Assembly: GCF_015706575.1 (NCBI RefSeq) | Contig: NW_024037061.1 | Coordinates: forward strand, 915,897-979,896 | DNA: 64,000 nucleotides | Direction: 5' to 3' | From: Patiria miniata | Taxonomy: Eukaryota | Shown: positions 56,101 to 64,000 of the stretch, piece by piece | Position numbering within the stretch: the stretch's first letter is position 1 | Layout of the letters: the number at the start of each line of letters is the position of its first letter | Position numbers and translations under genes: made by a program | The notes under the pieces: model-generated | What the model saw: the letters and a program-made list of their open reading frames with translations, nothing else | What the model was told of the DNA's origin: nothing | The model's database searches: none

Positions 56101-59067
56101 TGGAGGGTTTATGCTTAGGGGTTATCTCAACAATGCCTTCAGAAGCATGTTGTGCCCTCCTTGAGCTATCCCTGTCGATACTTGGTGACCAGCACCTGGG
56201 CGGTGAGCCCTCTCTTTCATTTCTGTGGGGAGAAAAGTAACCCAGGTTCCACATGGCGTCCCTGTAGAGAGTGGGCTCACTGTCGTCATCATGGATGCTG
56301 GAATGATGCCCATTCACAGTGGTAGGGACAGGTTCAGGTCTAGAGCGAGGCCGGTGTTGGTCATTTGTGGAGACACTTGTGGACAACTGGCTATCAGTTG
56401 CCTTGGTCACAGGTGATTGCCTGGTATCTGACTGAACCACCTTGGCTTGGGTAGCTGTGGGTATGGATGGCAATGGTCCACCCAATGAGCTGTGGCTAGT
56501 GGCGGTAATCATGATTGGCTTCGCTGATCTGGTTTGCGCAAGTTCCATCAAGCTGTTGTTGTGCGTTGCACAATTGCCAGTGGTGGTTGAAGCTGGTTCC
56601 ATCCAGTTGGTGTGCTTTGTGCCATTGCTAGGTGTGGTTGGAACTGGTTCCATCCGGCTGGTGCTTTGCGTTGTACTACTGCTAGTAGTGGTGAAAACTG
56701 GTTCCATCTGGCTTAAACTGTGTTTTACATTATTGGTATACATGGTTGGTTCCAAGTTGGTGTTGTGAGTTTTAATTTGATTTTCGCCATTGCTCGCTGT
56801 AGTTGGCATTGTTCCAATTCGACTTTTATCCGGCTTTGAACCTATGTATGGTAATGAGTCAACGGTGAAGGACAAGTGCTGCTTGTGTCTTGATGAGGGA
56901 CTACTGAGGAGTTTGGATTTTTTTTTGCTACCACAGGGGCGTCCTCTTTTACGTGGGGGACTCTGTTGCTGCTCCTGTACTGCTTTTGCTGTTTGATTGC
57001 AGGCCAGGAGAACAGAGCTGCTGGATTTCATTGTTTTATCAAACCTACGCGGTTCTGAGAGTGGTTGTGACTGTTGATGTGGCTGAGGCTCTGGCAGCAA
57101 CTCGGTAGTTCTTGTCTCCGAGTGCATATGAGACCTCTGTGGGAGAAGCTCTACGGAGTCCTCTTCATCTGACCAACACATGATCTCAAACCCGACGTCG
57201 GGAAAATCGCCTTCATCGTAGCTGATTCTCTCCCTCTTACGAAAGCCGTAGGTCCTGCCGAACATCCACGGGTCCTCGTTACTGTTGGAGCCTTGACTGC
57301 TTTTTCGTTTGTGACTTTTCCGCCTCTCAGCCCAGTCATCACTGCTGTCACTCCCTCGGCGTTTCCTAGAACCTGGACTGCTCTTCTTAATCTGCTTGGT
57401 AGTTTCCAACGGTTCAAAGAGTGCCGTGAAACTGCTACTTTGGCCTGGAGATAAACCTACCCCCAACAAATGACTAGATGGCGTGGTCGTCATTGCAAAA
57501 TTACTGATACTACTACTTGTTGGAATTACTGAAGTGACAGGGCTGGAAGTCTCAGATTTGGAGATTCCAGGATCCACAGCTGTGCTTTGTGCAGCTTCTG
57601 AGTTTGTTATACATGATGGCTCTCCACAAGGTTCTTGAGGAGTCAAACTGAGTTTGTTAAAAGTTCTTGAGAGCATCCCATACCTCTTGGCATCTCTCTC
57701 TGAGAAAAGTTTGCCGTGTGAGCCTTTCCTACTCAATTTTCTGTGTTTGTCAGAGGAGTTTAAACTCTTGTAGTACTTCTCTTGAAGCATGGCCTTTGTC
57801 TTTGTGACGACTGTCTGCTTTTCAGGACATGTCTGCTGAGCAGGAATTCCATTGCCTACGGCTGCTATCTTCTCCAAGACTGGCATTGGAAGATTGTCCT
57901 TAACGCTTGCAAGTTGAGCTGGTGACATCAAGCACGGTGGTTCTTTGGCAATTTCTGACGCATCTTCCCTCTGCACCTCTGATTTGTCTGGGACTGTCAC
58001 TTGAACCCTATCCTTCTCTGCTGTCTCCTCGATTTGTTTATGAGGGCGTCTGCGCTTTATTTTGGGTGTCGAACCAGTGTTTAACTTTTGAGGAGAGCTG
58101 CCAAGTTGTTCTAAAGTCTTCTGTTTGGATGCTTTCTCTATCTGGTCCATCCAGTACTGCTCGTCCATAAACTTTTTTGGGGGTACAATCTTCCTTGAGA
58201 AGCTGCTGCGACGGAATGGCATAGCTTTTAGATTTTCCTTCCGGATCTGTTCTAATTGCTGTTGCGGTAAGCTGGTTCCAGAACAGGTGATTCTTCCCTT
58301 GGAGTCAGTTTCGATTGGGCACTTCATGAGCATAACAACAGGGTTCCACATAGGGTCCTTCTTCACATCACCGACACTAGAATATCCTTTAAGCTCCTCA
58401 CATCCTTTGAAATGGGTTTGGCCTGCTGTGTAAGGCACTTTTACAAGGTGTAGTTTGGATGAGCCTGCTTGATGTTGTGGAGCAGTATTAGTGTCAGAAG
58501 CGGGATCCCTCACCAAAGAAGCTTCCACCTGAACATTTCCTGGAGGGATGTGGTTTGCCGAACTCCTCCCTTGGGTGACTTTTTCTACCACCTTCCATTC
58601 AGAAGAAGATTGGCTCCGGATAGCTCCAGGATCTTTGGACAACAGTTTATCCCGAGCAAGTTCCTGCAGCCACTGCGTTTTCAAAGAAGCTCCTGATAAG
58701 ATTCTTCTCCGTTTGGATTTCGATGCAGCAGCAGGTCTGACTTCCACTGGTTTCTTTGGGACCTTGTGGAGATTCACAACCCCAGGTGGTGTTCCGGTTT
58801 TCTTCCGGATGCCTGGTTTCTGGGCAAGTTTTCTAGCACGCTGAAAGACAGATTTTTGCATTTCCCGTGTGTCAGAGGATGCCAGACCTGTATTGACCCA
58901 AGCCTTTCCTGGACTGGACAGAAGCTGCTTTTTGTGGGAGTAGGTTTTGATCTGGGGCGGAAAGGGACTGAACGTTGCGGCATGGCTTCCCAGAGCATCT
59001 TGATGCAAGTTGGGAGCGACCTTGGGAAGTTGCCTTTTAATGCCAAGACTTTTCTTCTTTGCTGGTT
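53127..59067 (-). CDS. REV3L: REV3L giant central exon (~1980 codons; Ser/Thr/Pro-rich disordered region, contains SPPRCWSP and an AT-hook-like PRKRGRP)
   Basis: A single 5.9-kb open frame on the minus strand. Its 5' end has a strong acceptor (tttgttttctttgtttttccgtcag| at ~59068) and its 3' end a donor (CATCCAAG|GTAATT at 53126). Vertebrate REV3L has an equivalent giant exon. The SPPRCWSP and FCxNPxD landmarks are conserved. Confidence 0.88.
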
Positions 59068-59251
59068 CTGACGGAAAAACAAAGAAAACAAAGAGTTTGA
59101 GGCAGTTACGGAGGCATTCACAGCATATTTGTGGGCATGATTGAGGAGAGAAAATGATCGAGGACGCAGAAATTCGGAGTAGGGTAACAGGGAGGGCAAT
59201 GAGGACCTACTTCGCTGGAGCAGTGAACTAGCTTCGCAAGCATCTGTTTAC

Positions 59252-59346
59252 CTTGTTTTTCATCGGAGCCCCCGTCAAATTGAGGAATAGTGACAGCTTG
59301 GCTGTCCTGTGTGTCTTCCTCACTGGCTGATATGTCATGAGTTGTG
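59252..59346 (-). CDS. REV3L: REV3L exon (TTHDISASEEDTQDSQAVTIPQFDGGSDEKQ)
   Basis: Acceptor ctattacag| and donor G|GTAAAC. G plus AA from the giant exon gives Glu. Confidence 0.7.
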
Positions 59347-59786
59347 CTGTAATAGAGAGCAAGAGCAAAATAGTCTTTCAAAACATTTAGTTCTGTTTAC
59401 CTTCAACACATGAGTAATGACAAATCTGATATAATATTAGTGTTGTCAGTTCATATATAATTCCAAACATTGTACAGATGAATATCGTAGAGGTAGCATA
59501 GACATGCAACCGAATCTCTTCTTTAGAGCTGTTGTTGTAGGTGTTTGGCAATTAAAATTACTATACCTCATACATATTCATGATCAAAAGCCGAGTTCTC
59601 ACTGGTCCATTCACCATCACATGTCAGCAGCTAGTTTTGCTGTTAACCAAGTGAGCACGCGAAGTTTCACGCACAGGTTAAATATGCATGCGTAGTGGAT
59701 TATCAAACTGGTTACCAGTGCGCTAGTCTGCAACACAAAGCAATCTTAGAGCTAGTGCACGGGGGTAGTGTTGTTGTTAGCCTCAC

Positions 59787-60003
59787 CTTTCTTCCACAGT
59801 ATCCTCCCCATCAGAACCATCATCCCAAGCTTGGGACATCTCTAAGGACTCTCTGGCATCCTCGTCCTCATCCTTGTTCTGCTCCTCCTGTCTCTGCTCA
59901 TCCTGCGTGTCCTGGCTGGACAGGATGCTGCCGTCTTCTGGGGACGGACCACCGTCCTGAGCCAGGTCCACCAGCAACTGGGCTAAATCTTCATCATCCC
60001 CAC
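59787..60003 (-). CDS. REV3L: REV3L acidic exon (GDDEDLAQLLVDLAQDGG...SLEMSQAWDDGSDGEDTVEE)
   Basis: Acceptor tcaccag| and donor AG|GTGAGG. It resembles vertebrate EALVHLLAGLESDG ... SLVMSQRWDSNIEEH. Phase chaining is correct. Confidence 0.7.
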
Positions 60004-60310
60004 CTGGTGACAAATGACAACAAATGACACAAAAATATGACGGACATGGCCTCCAGCACCTGGACTAGGTCTTGGTCTTCCCCAGCTGGTGACAAATGAC
60101 AACAAATGACAAAAACATATGACAGACATGGCCACCAGCACCTGGACTAGGTCTTGGTCTTCCCCAACTGGTGACAAATGACAACAAATGACACAAAAAT
60201 GACAGACATGTCCACTAGCAACTGGGCTAGATCTTGGTCTAACCCAACTGTTGACAAATGACAACAAATGACAACTAATGACAACAAATGACAAAACATG
60301 ACAGAGGAAC
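59965..60310. repeat. ~88-bp tandem duplication x4 spanning the 3' splice site and first ~38 nt of the REV3L acidic exon
   Basis: Units at ~59965-60053 (authentic), 60054-60146, 60147-60232 and 60233-60310. Each carries ...ggtgacaaatgacaacaaatgaca... plus an exon-like ccagcacctggactaggtcttggtcttcccc segment. Confidence 0.8.
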
Positions 60311-60772
60311 AAGGCAGAAACGCCATACAGTAGATGCACATACATGATATTAAATAATGACAAATGGATCCAATTTACAAAGTTATAAATGGCAACAAAT
60401 GACAGCATGGCGGAATGACAAAAGGGTAATGACACGCAGTTGATAATGACATGACCAATGGATCCATTAAACAAAGTGAAAAATTGCATCCTCATCAAGA
60501 AATGACAAACACCATGGTCTGACTATTGATGGATCAATGGCAAATTAAAAACCTTCACAACCATGAACAAAATGACATCTGCATGACAAACGTCAACAAT
60601 TGACAAATTTCAATAGAGTGTCAATCAACATGTCGATCAAATGACAAATGACAACAGTGCGTCAACTGAGAAGTGCACAACAAATGGCAATCTTTTTGGG
60701 TATGGGGATCCAACAATGTCAGCAATGACGGAAATGACTCTGACAAATGACAAATGACAAATGACACTGTAC

Positions 60773-60889
60773 CTGCTTGTTGGGAGTACTGGCTGCTGCG
60801 CTGAGAAGCCTCCACCAGCGACTGGACCAGCTCTTCATTGACCACAGGCTGAGATTCCTCCTCCGGGTTTGAAATCGAGTCTTCATCGC
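60773..60889 (-). CDS. REV3L: REV3L acidic repeat exon (DEDSISNPEEESQPVVNEELVQSLVEASQRSSQYSQQA)
   Basis: Acceptor gtccag| and donor G|GTACAG. It is 117 nt, in the same phase class as the previous exon, with related sequence. This looks like a tandem exon duplication. Confidence 0.65.
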
Positions 60890-61372
60890 CTGGACATCCG
60901 GAAATGTTTCATTCGATAAAAAAACAAGAATTTGATAAATCTTATCATGAGTAGGCCATACTTTGTCTTTATTGAAGCAAAGTTTCAGATTATCAAAGAT
61001 TGTTAAAAAGAGGACTGATTGTTGAATTATCGAAAAATGTAAATAACAGCGCTCTGATTATCAGATACTTCTACAGACAGGGCAAGTTTTGCATTCAATT
61101 CGCAGATGGAATTTTTGTGTTGCATATTAAGCCTAGAAACGTGTGACAAACTCACTCCATGTATTTGTCGATTGGAGTGAATCAGTATAAAACTGCCAGG
61201 CATGTACAAAAACGTCAAACTTGTGCGCTACGTTAATACCTTTTTGCGAGCTTTTTTATATTACCATTATTTTTAAAATTATGTTTGCATTCCAAGCTGT
61301 GCAAACAATCATCAGGTTTTGACAGATAGTGACATCATGGTTCAAAAGACAATATTAGCAAGTCAAACCAAC

Positions 61373-61488
61373 CTGCATACTGGGAGTCGTGGACAATGAG
61401 CTGGCTGGCAGTCAACGACGGCTCAGCCAACGTGTCATGAAGAAGGCTTTCATTGTCATCATCTCCAGCATCTCCGGCCAACACCCTC
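61373..61488 (-). CDS. REV3L: REV3L acidic repeat exon (RVLAGDAGDDDNESLLHDTLAEPSLTASQLIVHDSQYA)
   Basis: Acceptor tttaccag| and donor G|GTTGGT. The unit is 116 nt and phase 1. Confidence 0.65.
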
Positions 61489-61979
61489 CTGGTAAAGGTC
61501 ATTACAAAGGTCATCAAGAGGTCAAAGGTCAATACAAGGGGTCGTTATAAGTAAATCACGAGTGTTTGTCCAAGACTAGATTTCAACTTTATTCCTCTTA
61601 TATAACCTGATCTCGATAAGCGCAGTATTGCCGCTGTGGCAGTAAAGATCACTATCAACAATCAAGATGAATTATGAGACTTTGGAACTTTGGCAACGCT
61701 ACCCAGGAAATTCAGAGTATAAATGCAACCCAGGAAATTCAGAGTACGGTATACCTCAAGTGCGCTGTATGCAAGCTAGTGCACGCGCGTGTGGTACTCT
61801 TAGAATTTTCTGGGTACTGCTGCCGAAGTTCCCAAGACTTCCGTAAAGACTTACGATGAGCTTGACTACAACAGTTAAAAATGGCGTTGAAGCATCTCCA
61901 GTTACCGATAATGTTTTCTTTTTACTATGAATACGGCTGAAGGCCTTGCTATTCATTGTCAATCTGAACTCATACTTAC

Positions 61980-62064
61980 AATTCATCGAGTTGTTTCTGT
62001 ATAATATCGGCCAGTCTTGCTTTGCCATGCACCTCGCTGTCTGTATCTTCTATAACTCCTCGAT
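61980..62064 (-). CDS. REV3L: REV3L exon (RGVIEDTDSEVHGKARLADIIQKQLDEL)
   Basis: Acceptor ttttcag| and donor TT|GTAAGT. Phases chain from the upstream exon and into the next one. Confidence 0.65.
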
Positions 62065-62449
62065 CTGAAAACAAATAACAAACCATGAATCTGCTGTGGA
62101 TTTTTGATAACTTTTCATGAAAAAAAAAGGCCGGATTTGAACCTGCGTCTCCACCCTAATTAAACAGCTGAAAAGATGCCAGTTTTTTTCCAACACTGTT
62201 CATACAAAAATGCTATTTATCTTGAAAATGACAGCACACCAGGTGCCGTGATTTTACAGGATGCTTTAGACTGTCATTCACTAACAGTCCAATAAGGTAT
62301 TTCATAATAGTTTGCTAGTTTTGCTGTTTGATGTGTGCAAATGTTGTATATTCCCTTGAATTGCATGCTTGAAAATAAACAATTAAAATAAAATACACAA
62401 CTCTGCAATTTTCAGATTTTTAAAAAAAGTATCTGAGACTGCACTCTAC

Positions 62450-62554
62450 CTGGAGACGCTGGGGGGTGGAGATCATCCAGTTGACCCTTGACCTCTCTCC
62501 TCTCCTTCTCCTCATTGTAGATAGCAAGAAGGCCAGGGTTCATTTCAGTATTTC
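62450..62554 (-). CDS. REV3L: REV3L exon (NTEMNPGLLAIYNEEKERREVKGQLDDLHPPASP)
   Basis: Acceptor tctcag| and donor G|GTAGAG. It resembles vertebrate NPGLQAIWEDEKQRR. Phase is 1-1. Confidence 0.65.
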
Positions 62555-63541
62555 CTGAGAAAAAAAAATCTCTTTTTAAAATAGGATTGGAAAAGATTGG
62601 AGTTTTCCCTGTACCTTTTTCTTTTCAACACATTTGGTTTCATAAGAGTATATACACTATAAAAATGTGTCCACAAAGTCTATGTCTCAACCACTAAACA
62701 CCAAGTCATAACACTATGAATTTCAACACCGTGAATTTGGAGTGAATATATAATTTGACATGAATTCACCGTGAAGTTTTTTTTCACGGCGATGTCATTG
62801 CGAAGTATCTGGTGAAATCGCCCTGAAAACCATCACGTAACCAGGACATGTTAAAGTCAAGTAAAAACACCGTGAAAATGCAGTAAAGCCTTCTGTGGAG
62901 CCCAGCTCATTAACTTTGTGGTTGCGTTAATCCGTTGAGCAGTTTATCAACTTTGGGGCCTAATCCTCCTCATAAAAAGGCACATTGCCTGTCAATCTTA
63001 ATTAGGTGATCACAATAAACAGGGTGTTGGATACTTGTAGGAGGAGACTTTGTAGCTTTTGTGTACTTGGGCAGTGGGCATTGGGTAGTAAGTGTAGCTG
63101 TCAATCACACTAATCCTGTAATCACTCAGACCGTTAATCTGTGGTTTTCACACCTTCAGTGGAGTGAAGCTGGACCTGCTATACAGTTATGAATAACAAT
63201 AGACCCTTGGACCTCATGAAACTGAGTGAGCTAATATCCCCTGCTGAGGGCCCAGTTTGGCACCTTGAAAATGAGCTTACTTGGCAGTGTAAAAAAGTTT
63301 CACAGTGACTTCATTGTAAACTATATTTTTACGGTGTTGAAATTCATGGTGTAAATGTACCGTACAACACCACCACCACATAAGCTTTTGTTGTTCGTTG
63401 CCCTCATGAAATTGTTTTCATGCTAACGTTGTGCCAGTAAATGTCTTCTGTTTTTTGCATAATGATGACGGTTCATATGCCACTTCCAGTTTGCCTCCAA
63501 CATGAACTGTCCGATACAAATAAAATGCTGCTAATTAATAC

Positions 63542-63639
63542 CTTGTAGTTCATGACGGTTCAGAATGTCGATTGCCACAGCATCAACTTCCAGTTCACAT
63601 ACACTCTGCTTCTGAATTTCAGCGTCTAATAGTAAGCCA
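63542..63639 (-). CDS. REV3L: DNA polymerase zeta catalytic subunit (REV3L) N-terminal-region exon (GLLLDAEIQKQSVCELEVDAVAIDILNRHELQ)
   Basis: Minus-strand acceptor tttaaacag| and donor G|GTATTA. STCELEVDAVAADILNRLDIE-like conservation with vertebrate REV3L (recalled from memory). Phase is consistent with the next exon. Confidence 0.65.
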
Positions 63640-64000
63640 CTGTTTAAAAATCGAAGGAAAAAAAAATTTCTTATATTTCATCTGTCCCCATGCTCATTTC
63701 ATCCATGTCATTGGTTATTTGGCAAGCAATGTGCAATCTGAACAGAAAATCATACGCATACAAAACGCTGCTAAACCGAACATTCAGCCATACCGAACAT
63801 CATCCTTGACTCCCAGTTTTTTGGTACAATATGAACCGAACATCGTTGTTAAAAAAAGTCAATAGATCAACAAAATCTACTGGTTATATTAAACACTAAT
63901 TGGGCCATTTCTAATTAATTAATTCCTGAATGTCAAACAGCCCATGCTTACATCGGACTTGACTGTTGAAGAGTAACAGGTGGCTTTTATTTCACAAGGA

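Noticed and set aside
53414-58844. Numerous 60-158-aa plus-strand ORFs overlapping the giant REV3L exon
   Set aside because: Antisense to a 1980-codon conserved open frame. They are a by-product of the low stop-codon density opposite Ser/Glu-rich coding sequence.

Overview
This is eukaryotic (metazoan-type) genomic DNA with GT-AG introns, tRNA-derived SINEs, MITEs and satellites. It carries no prokaryotic operons or defence systems, and I found nothing I would call a new 'system'. Three protein-coding genes can be reconstructed, with splice phases that agree across every junction.

1. Plus strand, ~2860-8961: a 6-exon gene for an MS4A/CD20-like four-pass membrane protein. Its terminal exon encodes an unusual ~300-aa Gln/Gly-rich tail that contains a 21-bp (7-aa 'GSQQVGI') coding minisatellite.

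2. Plus strand, ~10491-18519: an 11-exon gene for a small Ser/Lys/Arg-rich, probably nuclear, coiled-coil protein. I could not assign it to a family.

3. Minus strand, 63639 down to 36639: the DNA polymerase zeta catalytic subunit gene (REV3L orthologue), convergent with gene 2. I reconstructed 29 exons, including the giant ~5.9-kb central exon, the exonuclease-like domain, polymerase motifs A, B and C, and both C-terminal cysteine clusters with the stop codon. The 5' end of the gene lies beyond the window.

An ~11.9-kb satellite array (322-bp unit, ~37 copies, 20430-32700) sits between the two convergent genes. The rest is dense repeat content: tRNA-derived SINEs, a hAT-like MITE with a perfect 8-bp TSD, a TA-TSD MITE nested inside a SINE, palindromic MITEs, several minisatellites, and tandem duplications that overlap REV3L splice sites, a catalytic-motif exon and the stop codon. 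All coordinates were read by hand from the sequence, so exon ends may be off by 1-3 nt.
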